DNA from: Balanoglossus misakiensis
Lineage: Eukaryota; Animalia; Hemichordata
Assembly: GCA_040954595.2 (NCBI GenBank)
Contig: CM082596.2
Span: 1,455,854-1,519,853 of the forward strand
Direction of reading: 5' to 3'
DNA: 64,000 nt
A program made the position numbers and the translations under genes. This document shows, piece after piece, positions 24,971 through 37,570 of this stretch (position 1 is its first letter; every line of letters starts with the position of its first letter). The notes beneath the pieces are model-generated. The model was not told the DNA's origin and searched no databases. It saw nothing but the letters and a program-made list of their open reading frames with translations.

Positions 24971-27900
24971 TTATATCCAACTCTGATCAACAATCTTACT
25001 CGGAATATAGACATCTGTCAGAAAACTCCTAGAAATTGCAGTCAGAGCTTCTATCTCTGCCTTGCAGTTCATTGAAAACATTATTTGCATCTGAAACAAA
25101 AAGAAACGTAACAAAAACCAAAGGAAATAAGTGGTGGCACCGTGGAAATGTAAATACAAATAAATAAATAATAAAAAAATAAGGAATGATTTGTGAAGAG
25201 AGGGATGTATTCAACAAAAAATTAAAGTCTAAACACCTAGACTACCCATTGTCACCTCAGATATCATAAAAAAACCTAACCTACAGAATTTGATAAACAA
25301 GAGTGCCTACCTCTTTCATCAACATGGGCTGTGTAGTGTAATAGGGTCTCTGCATAATTTCTCTGGCTTTCTTTAAGTCAGCAGCTGACAGTGGTATCAA
25401 GCTTTCACGGGATATATGAAATTTGTTGATATCCGATGGTAGAACTCCTAACCATCGAATCATTGGCACTGCTAGCTGTCCTGTATCAAATGACAGGCCC
25501 TGAAAAGATAAGAAAACATTTGCTACTACATGTACTATGAAAGTGGAAAATCCTTCTGTCATACTTGAAGGAATAAAAGTTGAATAAATAAAAGGTATAT
25601 GGTTGTAGTAAAGTAGATTACTTACTCTTGATCCATACTTGTAAACTGACATGATAGCCATACCTGGAGAGAAATTGAGATTTATCTAATTAATTCTTCA
25701 ACATATTATCAGATCTTTCAGGCATGTAGCTAACTCGTTACTATGCATGATAAACGAAATACATTTGTACCACTACCCCACACCTCCTTCCAACCGAAGT
25801 TGCACGTTTAATTTTCCATGATCGCTAAGTGACGGAAGTTATTCTGGATATAAACTAATTATCAACCTAATAACACCATCACATAGAGATAAACACTGAT
25901 TTGAGATGTAAATGTAACTGATGAATTATCTAGGCCTACCGTGTGGGTCAGCATCCACCAGTGCAAAGATCGGAATCTGTAAACTGTCCCATAATTTCTT
26001 AACCATTCTGCGAGTGCTGACATCAGGAAAACCTCTTCCCTAAAGATGAGATCATGAAAAGATATCTTAGTGTGCTGTACAGTGAAAGGGGTTACTGAGA
26101 ATACAACAGATTGAATTTGTTATGTGCTTGTCAAGAATGTTCACATAGAAATAAACAGACATACTCACAGTCAGCATAATGCATGGAGGTAGTTTATCAA
26201 ACAGCTTTTCATCTAGTAACTTCTGGAATATGGCATCTTTTTCCACAATGAGTACCATCTTGGCAAAGGAACTAATTTCTAAAACCAGCAGTTAAGAATT
26301 AACAACGGCACCCTTAAAAGGTAAATTCAGGAAACGCTACTATCCATCATATGCCAGGCATACTACCAGACATAGCACGTAAACTATAATCTAAGACCAA
26401 GTGCTTGTTGTTCTACACAAATGAAACAGTTCATGATATAAAAAGGATACCTGATATTGTATTTACATTAGCTGGAATTGCAATGCCCTGTGAAATAAAA
26501 AAAGAAATCAGATTGCACAGAATACAGTACTACTACTATACTGATCACCGCCTTTAGGTAATGAAATCTGGATATGGAACTTTTGGGATCAAGAGCAGTT
26601 TAGGGTAATCACCCCTCTGTGTACAAAACAACAGGTGGTTTACAACAGCAACACCCATATAAGATTTATAATAATTAAATCAGAATGTGTGACCTTCTGG
26701 TTTAATAACCTGATTCTGGTTCCACCATCCAATAACGACAACAGGTGGTTTCTTATTTTTAAAATCAAATAAGGGTTTATGAGCATCAACCAAACAATCC
26801 AACAATATCCAATCAAAGGACATCAATTGGTTGACATGAAAATTCCTTTGAAATCTGGTTATAAAGACCATAGGAGTTAATATAATTCATTTGTTGATCG
26901 AGACCAGTTTGATTATTGAAGCACATAAATTCTACTCACAGTCTTTGTAGCTGTACAGTCTACCAGATTGCCTTCTTCATCTCTATAATGTAAATCCCCT
27001 GCAATCCATCCTTTGCTCGCTGCAAGCTGATACAGAAACAGAACAAGAATTCTTTTACATCTCAAGAAGTCAATGGTATCCTCTTGAAAGTAATTACTTC
27101 CTCTCAAGAAATCAAAAAGACCACAAACAGTCTTTAAAATCTATACATATACAGAAATGCCAGTATTCTCACCCGTTCAGTAACCCATTCTTTGAATAGA
27201 ATGGAAATGAATAATTTAGAGGACTTCATTTTGAAATAAAAGTCTCCCATAAAAGTTGGCTTTTATAGCTTGTCAGCAGAACAGTTACATGCTAAACTTT
27301 TAACTTAACAGCGTCAATATAAAGCTCGTAAATAAAAGCTACATAAAGTACTGGTACTGTTGCCTCCAGTGAAAGACGTTACGTGTATAATAAATGTCAT
27401 TACTCACCACATGAAGGGATTCCCTAGGTACTTTGATCATACAGGAGATGTTGTCAATAATATCATCCAACACAGACTGGCTGCCAAACAATACAGTATC
27501 TTGGTAGTACATATCCCTAGAGTGCAAATAAGTTCTGAGTTTAATAACCTTTCCAGAATGTAAACAGATAAACTGTGCGAACTTGTGCGTATGTGTCTCT
27601 TCCCATAGGATTACATTGAGTATTTAAATTAAGGGCAATCTTATACCATGATTTAGCTTAAACTATTGAGTTGGGTAAAGCAGCAGAAAATAGAAAATGA
27701 ACCTTTTTTGTTTTGTCAAGCTTGACTTCAATATCACTTTAAGGATCACTTTACTAACCTTTTTGTTGAGTAGGTATTTGATTGCACCAATCTATAACAC
27801 ATAGCCATCACTTGCAAGGTCATACCTGCGTGTAAGTGTCAAGTAAACAAGAAGACATTGTAAAATAAACTCTGCCTACTTGTAACATGTGAACTTAATC

Positions 27901-28828
27901 ATTAGAATTCTGTTCAGTATATAGGGTTCAGTACTCCAGACTTAAGCCAGTCTCAAATACCATATACTGTTTACTTGACCATCCACTTTCCTTTCAAATG
28001 TAATGCCTTTATAAAGCATACATTCAATTAAAATTAATACAGTTTGCTTCTTACATTAGCTATATGGCCATTCCTTATACTTTTCTTACTATTTCCTTAC
28101 TTACCAAATTTATTGATAGATGTCATACTGTCAAACCTCACTTCAGATGCATTAGTGTTTGGAACCATTTCTAGGCCAACTGAATCTGTAAATCTAAAAA
28201 AAGAAAAGAAAGATAAGTTATAAAACGGTCAGACTTACCAACAGAACGTTGTTGAAAAGTGTTTTCTAACAAGACAAAATCATTCTGTAAGGACTGTATA
28301 CCTTATATTCTGCCATGTTGTTCTGCTATTGTAGACGATACTTGGGGCTTCAAACTTTGATAGTGATGACAAGATATGCTCTATAACTGTCTCCAGTCGT
28401 CTCAGAACAGCTTCCCTTAAACACAACACAGAAGCAATGATGTTTAGTTGACATACCCAGTAAAGTAGAACATACAAATGTATGGAAAGGACTCGTTGAG
28501 ATAATCTCCAATCACTTATACACAAAGTCCCTTGAACTGTCGGTTTCAGAGCGGGTTTCATAGTCATGAAATGAGGGGCGTGGCACACATAGGATGACCC
28601 CAGATCGGTGTTTGTAATATTAACTTAGACCCACCTGTTGATGTGATGTACTTTGACGGAATCGTCGGCGTCCGGCTTGAGTTTTGTGACTGGAGCATCT
28701 CTTCCGATTATCAACTGATGTCGCAGACGTTCAAGCGATGAGAGAATTTGATGCGAAATATGACTGAAACTGTCGCCACGACAGGAAGATGATGACGAAT
28801 TTTCGTCTGATGCCGACGGCGTTGCCAT
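24971..28828 (-). CDS. SPO11: Meiotic recombination protein SPO11 (topoisomerase VI A-like), 12 exons, about 417 aa
   Basis: Exons 28828-28635, 28415-28302, 28193-28105, 27825-27759, 27516-27408, 27026-26940, 26487-26451, 26278-26169, 26039-25940, 25663-25626, 25499-25311, 25090-24971. Motifs: STKRDMYY (catalytic Tyr), ASKGWIAG, VLIVEKDAIFQ, GRGFPD, DADPHG (Toprim), KAEIEAL. Confidence 0.97.
26279..26450 (-). other. U12-type (minor spliceosome) GT-AG intron in SPO11
   Basis: The 5' splice site reads GTATCCTTTT. A branch site TTCTTAAC lies about 12 nt upstream of the 3' AG end, with no long polypyrimidine tract. Splicing restores the frame (NTIS-E-ISSFAKMVLIVEKDA). Confidence 0.9.
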
Positions 28829-30174
28829 GATACACTAGTTCCCTGTCGGAGCTAAACTTCATAGACAAATACGAAGTTTCGTCGAACCGAAATAAACATT
28901 ACTTTACCAATAAATAAGTCGAAGTGACCGGTAGAAGCAGGAGTACATTTACTTTAGGAACATCTTGGACTTTTGGAGTAAAAGACGGGAGTAAAAGTTA
29001 GGCCTGTCGCGTGACAACTCAGGCGTCCATCTTTGTCGTCTGCTAAATTTGACCGCCTAACTCACTGTATATTCTTCCTCGACCAAGTCTCGCAGTCCTG
29101 ATCGTGAGTTGCATCTGCAACTATAGGGAAAACAACAAATTCACAACAAAAAGACATACATGCACGTAAATCTTACAAGCACACTTAAATTGTAAAGGAT
29201 GTTTTCGCCGCAGAAACGAGTATGGACATCCGGTATATTATACTGATGTCAATTCGTGTTTCTTTTTGACATAAATGCGAGCTATCCCGTTCATTATTCA
29301 ATGACATAACAATAGTTACTTAACCCATTATTCAATAACTTTACAATAAAAATAGACAGTGAGGGAGGGGTATTGGGGCACTGTCCGGCGGGCTTTCAAT
29401 CATTTCAACTTTCCGTCACTCACTGTATCTCAGTCTGTTAACCTTAACAGACTTTCTGATTTCCCAGTTTAATTTATCTCTGGTGTGATATTTTAAAATT
29501 TCATTTCCATAAAATTGTGCTTCATCAAAAATCCCACAAAAGTTACAAAAACTTGATCCTTGGACGTCCAGATGTTGATGACGGTTTGGCTCATAAACTA
29601 ACGGGTGATGTCACTATGGGACACGTGCTTGGAGAACTAAGGCCATAAACAAACTTACTTGCGGGTTTTCAGACAAAGAGCGCAAAACTTCTCTGACAGT
29701 AAAAAAGAACGCGCATCTCCTACACAGCCGTGTTTTTATTGGTGTCGCAAATCAAAGAGACACAGATCTGGAGACAGGCGAAAGAAATACTTCAAAGAAA
29801 ATGGTCAAACACAAATACGCATTGCAGAAAGTCTTCAACATTTTATTAAAGAAATATCTTACAGAGTTTAAAGGCCGAAAAACTATATTATACATAGGCT
29901 TACATGAACATAGACTAAAAGTCTTGCCTGTATAATTTAAGAGGGTGTATAAAACATTTCAAATTTATGACTATTTTTACATTGGATTAATGACATAAGT
30001 GCATACAGTAAAAGGTATACATGTAAAATACTAGAAAAAGTTCAGTTCACTACTTAAAACTAGGTAGTCAACTTTGTCAAGTTCATGCCGATGGATATGT
30101 TTCGGGTTTCAATATCATGAATATGTCCGATTTGATTTCTCTGAACGAAATTTGTCCAGATATGCTGCGTAGTT

Positions 30175-31485
30175 TCACATGAATTTGTGAAAACTTGCCA
30201 AAAGCGAAACGGAAATGCATAACATAGCCAGTTTAGAGGCTAATTCTGTGATAGCGGTGCCGCCACAGATACTTGAAAACTGGTGATTGGAGACGATAAT
30301 ATTTCCCCCCTCTTGGATATAGTTATTCTCAGGTGAAACATTAATTTGTTCCTCGATGACTTCGTCACTGACATTGCTGGTAAGTCGAAGCCTGAACGGT
30401 GCTTCCACGTTCCTGTAGCCTTTAGGGACGCCCCAGTTGCCGTGTCCTCCCCGGGGAAGAGTAAACCATTCCGCAGTCTCCCCCTCGAACTCGTGGTATC
30501 GTTCCAGCGTCGCGATGGCGTGCCTGTGATGAAAGACGCGCATCTGGAACGCGCTACCGGCGTTCTCGTTCGCGTACACGAAGACGTAAAAGAAGTTACT
30601 GGGGACGGGACATTCAACGAAAGTCCAAGAGATCTCCGCCACCCCTCGTCGACCACCGCTGATCGCCGTGAAACCGTCCTGATGAAGATCCAAGTCGCCG
30701 TAGTCACAGGTCATGCAAATATCAACGATAACTACGACCAATGTGTCACCATCCGGACCTGTTATCTCCACACATTTACCACACGCCTGAAAAAAATTAA
30801 AAGGATTGTAGGCCTAGTCTGTCATAGAAAAAAAATCAAGCGATATCGGTTACATTGTAGTTCTACAAACATTATGTCAGATGTAATGATTTTTTTGTGG
30901 TCCCAGAGAATCTGTCCATTACATACCGCTCACTGTTGTTGAAACCAACTTAGTAAACTTCAGACCAAACTTTCTTCATAAATCATCGCACTCAAAAAAT
31001 TCTTGCCGCTCTCAGTTTAAAGTATCGATCGATTCAAGACATTTAGATACTGCATACTCTTATAAAATGTGTGCAATTTTCATTTCTTTTGAACCTGTCG
31101 GAACGCGATGAAAAATTATCAAATACATGATGAAAATTGATTTTTCCTGGCTGAAAAACATAACTTCTCATGCCTGGTGTCAACACTTTTTGAGTCAAAT
31201 TTCTTGAAAGTGATATAAGCAGAGAATACAGCGCCAAAAAAGACACAAAAATACACAGATTTTACTCACTTTGCCCGAATCATATTGGTGATAATTTATC
31301 GCTGCGATGTTGAGATCTCCTCCGGTGTCGTACATACAAGAGCCCGACCCGGCTGCCGCTTGGTCAGCCCAATCGTAAAAAGTAGCATCGCCGTGGAAAG
31401 GATCTGCGTCTGAGTCTACATGACAAGCTGCTTCGGATTTACAAACGATGGCCACCAGGAAAGCAACGGCATATGCGATTCTCAT
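30175..31485 (-). CDS. Microbial-type expansin-like protein (EXLX1/YoaJ-like; DPBB plus CBM63-like domains) with signal peptide and hydrophobic C-tail, about 275 aa
   Basis: Exon 31485-31270 (aag|gtgagt) joins exon 30786-30175. Sequence includes HGDATFY, GSC, IAAIN, ACGKCVEITGPDG, VIVDIC..C..GDLDL...GF, ISWTFVECPV, FQMRVFHHRHAI, PFRLRLTS and QF, matching the expansin domain 1 and domain 2 pattern. N-terminal MRIAYAVAFLVAIVCKSEA looks like a signal peptide. Confidence 0.88.
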
Positions 31486-32150
31486 CTTTGAATCGAATGA
31501 ACGCTTTCCCAAAAAAGAAACGGACTGGTAGAACAGGTGCGCTATTAAAGTAGTAAACTTTGTAGTAACTGTGAGCTACAAGTGGTCGCTTGGTCACGCG
31601 TTGAGGCCTATATAAGCTTCTCTGCCTTAAGGGGCTGTCGATTTCATTCGCATCACATTTCAAAATCGAAATTTACCTGGTCTCTATATACGACGAGACA
31701 TGCGTAATTTTGAGACCATGCAATTTTCAAAGGTGGATAAATTAGACGCCATTTGAGACTGCTACAAGTAACACGATGAGACACGCCCACTTCATGCATA
31801 CAATACCACTGAGACAGGCTTTTGTGGTAAGGTCATCGCGAAGACAATAGCCGGTTGACCTCAGCGCCGGGGGCATCAGTCCGCAGTTGATGGTGCACCC
31901 GCTTAATTACGAACGTTTCTATAGAGTCTGGGGTTGTTATGATCAAAAGCGAATAATAACAGCGTTGGTGGGAGACTTTAAATGAGGAAAAATGTCATTT
32001 CAAATAAAAGATTCCTTATCATTTGCTGAATATAACATTCAAACAACATAGCTGTTTAAAGCTTTAGTTCAGGTATTATTCTCTGTATTACGTTACACGT
32101 GTGGAATGCTTGTGAACAGTTATGAAAACCGGTCTGAGGCCTCATCTTCT

Positions 32151-32232
32151 CTCACTCACTAACTCGTTCATTCATTCATTCACTCATTCATTTTCGTTCG
32201 TTCATTCATTCACTCACTCATTCATTCATTCA
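32151..32232. repeat. Degenerate tetranucleotide microsatellite (TCAT/TCAC/TCGT)n
   Basis: Directly visible tandem ttca/ctca/ttcg units. Confidence 0.9.
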
Positions 32233-34799
32233 CCATTTGGGCAACTGAAGAAACCTGTCAGGGCACTGAACAAACTTTTTTAAAAACTTGTACGATTGTC
32301 CTGAGGCCAAACAGTGTCTTTTTAAGATTCTCTCCATATAGTCACAATCCATTGAAGAAGAAAAAGGGTCACTCGGGACATGGTGCAATTTGTACTTCAA
32401 TTTGTTTTCTTCCACACAGTTGCCTGTGTGGAAGAAAACAAACATGGACACAACTCAAGTCCACTGTGCAACCGAAAAGTAAACACACACAAGTCCGATG
32501 GCACGATTTGCTTGACAGTTTCACACACTCAAAGTCTACAATAATATTTGTCGTTTTGATGTGAACTACATTTTGTATTCTACAGGTGACTGGCCTGTCC
32601 GGGCGATGAATTCTGTAAAACTGGTGTAAAATCATCAAAATATTTGCCAAAACGCTGGTCTGACCTCTCCAGAAATTCCCATCGGTTTTACTCAAGTCTT
32701 TCTTGTTAATCCTCAGGTCGATCGATTAAAACGAAAAGGTGGAGACATTGTCTGCAGTTGAGAATGAGAGGATTTTCTGGGTCATCTGTCGATTGACCCG
32801 TTGTCATCACCAGATTTCCATGATTGCTCAACAGAATTGTTGCCGTGGAGACGAAAGCGGGCAGGGGAGGCGATAATATCGGTTTATTGTGTAGGAGTGT
32901 TGTCGAAGGATTTGTTGGGGATTTGTGTATCTATTATGTGTTTGCTGGGTTTGAAGAATGCTGCGTTTTACACTCTAGTTTGAAAACTGGTTGGTTCCAA
33001 CGACTGCCAACACACTAAGACTAATATTGATGCTGACCATAGACCCTACAGAGAGGGTGTACCATACATTGCATTGCATGTAAAGGAAAATTCCCAAGTT
33101 CTCAGGGTAAATTGGTTTAACTCACTATGTCACCTTGATCATAATAGTTAGGCTGCTGTTTATTTTTCTTTCAACTTTAAGGGCATTGTCAAGACAAACT
33201 TTCAAACTGAATTGAACTGTAGCTTCCACGTAATTAACACCCTCTCTCTTTGCAAACCATGCAGTCTTTTGACTTGACCTAAATAATGGGGCTATCTAAC
33301 AAACAAATATTACCTTGTAAACTAAATGTAATTTAGAAAGTTTACAGTCCCTAGGGCTATACTTTCAAAGGCTTTATTATAAATAGATATTACAAAGTTT
33401 TACAAAACTTTGTCATAGGTCCCTAAATCAACATGCTCCCCTTGTACAACCAGTCGGTGTCTTGACGACAAATTTTGTTGAAAACATTTTCTCCCGAGGG
33501 CGTTCCAAACAATCAGGCAACAATAACTTGCCGGGGGAGAGATCTCTGACACTTTTGTCAGTCTTCACTTGCAATCGAATGAACAGGTAGGAAAATTAAA
33601 TCAAAAGCACGCCCTCATACTACAGTTACTTTTGAATGTTCCCCATCCACTTCAGAATAGCTGCACCCATATGCATTTATGGGTAAGAGCACGATCTTCC
33701 AGACCTATTTCACCATCACCCTTCAGACAAAAATGTTTGCGCATCCTATCGCATTCTTATAGACAACGTGAACTATATTGAGGAGATCATTCCAAATAAA
33801 CATCAGTGTATTTGGACAGTGAAACTTTTGTGTTGGTCATTTTTATGACATAATTGAAGTGTGACATGGCAAGCATTACGATGATTATCCCAGAGTTAGA
33901 CTTTTATCCACTTAGAACTATGAACGCGGATGTTAGCTTTGAATGAGTGACCATGTTTATAAGCTTAACTGTAGACATCATGGCAGTGTTTTTTTTGCCT
34001 TGAAATAATGGTGAAAGCGTCTACCACACAAGAAATAGCTATCGGTTGACTCTTCATGCTTAGACATACAAGGGCATTGTTTTGCACTGAGGTTTTATCA
34101 TTCTTTGAGAAATCTGAAAAAAAGAATGATATGAGACTGCCTGATTCAGTTACTGAATATTGTTGTTTAACAATCCCACCTAATAATGTTTACATTATGC
34201 AGTAGTATTATGGATTTAGGGTGTTAATGGCAAACTGCTCAATCAAGCAAGACTGGTGGTTTGTTGACTTTTGTCAGTGTTGAAACAAGTGTTATTGTAC
34301 TAACTGTTTCTATCAATATTTGTAAAACATTAAAAACCAATGAATGGACAGTTATCCACTTCACTTAATCCACACCTCCTTGAAGGAGCTAGGAGACACT
34401 TCAGAGTGGCTGAAGAATTCTGCTAAACCATCAATAAATGCAATCTCCTTTATGAGTGATTATTTGAAAGTTGGGTGTTTGGGTATGTCAATATGTTTGC
34501 ATTTTGAGAACCATGTTTGTAGAAAGTTTTACTGGCTACCAAAAGTAACACTCAGAAGAACTTATGGTATTGACATCCCTATGGCTTGCTGTAATGTTTA
34601 CACATGGATAAAGATTACAGTGGGAAGAATACAGCCACAATCCGAAATCTCTTTCGTCTGATTAGACAAATGTTTTATTTTTATCCCTCTACAGTGGTAT
34701 ATTTTCTATAAAATAAAAAGAGCATCCCACAAATCAAAAAATTAATACCTCAGAACACTGTGTATGTATCTCTGTTTGTTTGGCTGTGCGTTTGTCATC

Positions 34800-34886
34800 A
34801 TGTGATGTGTAGTGTGTGTACATGTGATGTACATGTGACGTACAGTGTGTGTACATGTGATGTGCAGTGTGTGTACATGTGTCATG
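34800..34886. repeat. Short minisatellite built from agtgtgtgtacatgtga units
   Basis: Three near-identical gtgtgtgtacatgtg copies plus partial units. Confidence 0.8.
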
Positions 34887-34960
34887 TATGGTACCAACCA
34901 CTGGTGTGGCGTCATCCAGACTAGGGGAGAATACACTCACCAAAAAATACAGAAACTCCA

Positions 34961-35000
34961 ATGATAATAATAATAATTATAATAATAACAAGATAATAAT
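34961..35000. repeat. (AAT)n microsatellite, imperfect
   Basis: aatgataataataataattataataataacaagataataat. Confidence 0.8.
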
Positions 35001-36096
35001 TCAAAGTTGGGATAATCGGGGACTATAAAATTACAGGAATTGTATTGTATATACAGGGAGCAGCAACTGTATAATTGAAAGTTTCATTTTCCCCCAGTGA
35101 CTTTCCAAACTAAGTGAATTTGGGGGAAATTTACTTCAAAAAGTAAACACACATCAAGACTTATCTATTGTGTTTTATCCATCCATGAAGATTAAAGATT
35201 TGCTGAGGAAGTACAATGTTGCATTGTGAGTGTGTGGCTGCCTTGCAATCTATAAATAAAACTCAGCTTTTAAGCTGAGTATGTCAACACATCCTGACCA
35301 TAGTTCCTATTATTTACAAAATTATATTCAGTTTTGACAAACATTTCTGTTCCTACACACACAAGAAATCTTCATCACTGTACATTCCCCCAAAACAATC
35401 TGAAACTTCATCTGAAAGAATAATCAAAGGGGTCTTTGCGAATCTCTAGATGTTCTCGTTCAGGATGTGACCTATTTCATGAAATGCACGGTTCAAACTT
35501 GAAAGTTTGGTAATTGTCTACTTGAAAAATACATCCATTAAATCTTGTCAAGTCTAGTAGGTCTATTTCAACACACACATTCACATGGCTGGAAAATACT
35601 CTTGTGATGTTTGAACTTCATAACTGCTTCAGAGACTCAAACAAACAATTTTGTCACGTATTTTTGAATTTAAATGTCGCACTGGCACTGCTAATGATGT
35701 TTCCCTTGTTTGTGTCATTGGTTTCCAATCTGACATACTTTTCTGGTCACGCAGTCAACGAGTGTTGCTTTCATTAATCCTGTTTGCAAAAAACTCAGAC
35801 ATCGATCATTTAGCCATTCTATGTACAACACTGAGGCAGGTACCAAGACCTTTGAAATTCCATTGTGCACATCAGATATTTTGTTAAAGGTTTTCTGTAA
35901 AATATACATCTTTCATGGCAAATTCTCTTGCAAAACTTTTCTTCCATATTACATCTAAAAAAACTCCATAAAAAATCAGTCAGCCATGGATTTCTACCTA
36001 AATACACTGACAATATTCAAAGTCTGTCAATCGCGGGCGCTATACAATACACTCCAGCTTGCTGCTTCTGAAAAAATTTCCCTCTATCACTTTACA

Positions 36097-36111
36097 CCAC
36101 TAGAGGGGGCT
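36097..36111 (+). promoter_or_regulatory. CTCF-like motif
   Basis: CCACTAGAGGGGGCT is close to the CTCF core consensus CCASYAGRKGGC. Confidence 0.45.
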
Positions 36112-36994
36112 ATTAATATCATGCTATTTTGCAAAACTCCAAATAGTTCTTAATACACAAAATGTTTCAAATTTTATTGAATCAGTGTTCAACACTATTT
36201 TCATTTAAAAATCCTGCCACATAAAGTCATGATTTGACAATATCCAAACAAAATTGTTCCACAAAAGTCATATACAAACCATACATATGCTCGAAAATGT
36301 TCATATCAGAAGTGAAAGAATTTGAAATATTTGATAAGGGTATTAAAGATGGAGAATCAGCTGCAGAACTCTAATTGAAGATTTTTGTGTGTTTAACTCA
36401 TGATCTGTTTTTATGCTTCTATCAAAACAAATCTAATGACTTGAGTGTTTACGATACAAATGAATCTAAAAATGGACACAGGTATTTTGCGTCAGAGAGA
36501 GCTCCCTCACTTTTGATTTCTATCTAACTCTCCTCGTATTGACACAGTTTTGCTGGGTTACCGTTAAACTACAAATAAAATATGCTCTGAAAAAAATTAG
36601 TTCACTGTGTAAAATATTGACAATAACATGAGTGTAACTTGGATAATTCCACATGGCATAAACTCTAGAGGCTTAGTTGTGTTGAAGATATTTATCACTT
36701 TTAAGATTCAAAGTTTGGGACCAGGGACATGTCATCATAGCAGAATGATCCTATATAGGCACAGCAAAATGATTTTATGTCATCTTCAAAACCCTTCAGC
36801 CATTTGGTTTTGGTTATAAATCTATGAAAAACATCCATGTCGGAATATTCCATCTGCAACAATGGGGGATGTTGGGTTAAACATAGACTAGCCCACTAGT
36901 CGCTTGGTGATTTTTAAATCTCAATACTTTTTGTGTTTTCGGTGGTTTTTTGTCTTAATAAATAATTTCAATACTTTTTGCATGCATGCTTGCC

Positions 36995-37570
36995 TTAAGC
37001 GTGTTTTTGGTAGTGAGGCGAGTTTCGAATTTGCGACTGAGCTTGTGGTTTCGGGTAGCGTCGACCAAGCGACTAGTACACCTTGCAAAATCTACAAACG
37101 CTCAGGCCGTTTGTTGACATAGTCGAGAATGATTGACAGGGGCGTCGATCCCGTGCGCCAATGAGAATAAAGAGATGTGATATAACGTGAACGCGTAGAA
37201 CCCACATTCGTAGTCAAGTACGGCGCGACCTGTGATGTCAACGTCTGTTTGTGTGGCACGCGCACTCTGTAATTTGAGCGTATACATCGTACAGTGTCGC
37301 TGCACTGCAACTATGGTTTCAGCCATCAGACCATAAACATTGATGAACGAATTTCACATAAAATGAGTAAACCCATTTGCGTTTTCGCTATGAGATACCC
37401 AAATATGATTTTCGGGTAGTCGAGGTAATGCATGAAACTCCGCCCACTATTTAAATTAGCTAATAAATATTCATAAATGACGTCAACATGAATAATTCAT
37501 AGCAACCGGAAAGCAGCAAGGTGTACAAGTCTATGGGCCGACACGTTCCCTACACAGCCCATAGACTTGG
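36995..37570. promoter_or_regulatory. Orphan CpG-rich promoter-like island
   Basis: High CpG density; TGATTGACAG (PBX/PREP-MEIS), GCCAAT, CCGCCC, TGACGTCA (CRE), palindromic ATGAATAATTCAT and CATAGCAAC (RFX half-site). No adjacent CDS identified. Confidence 0.55.

Noticed and set aside
30346-30942. 198-aa plus-strand ORF and 155-aa alternate-frame ORF (30240-30707)
   Set aside because: Shadows of the GC-rich expansin exon; no recognisable motifs.
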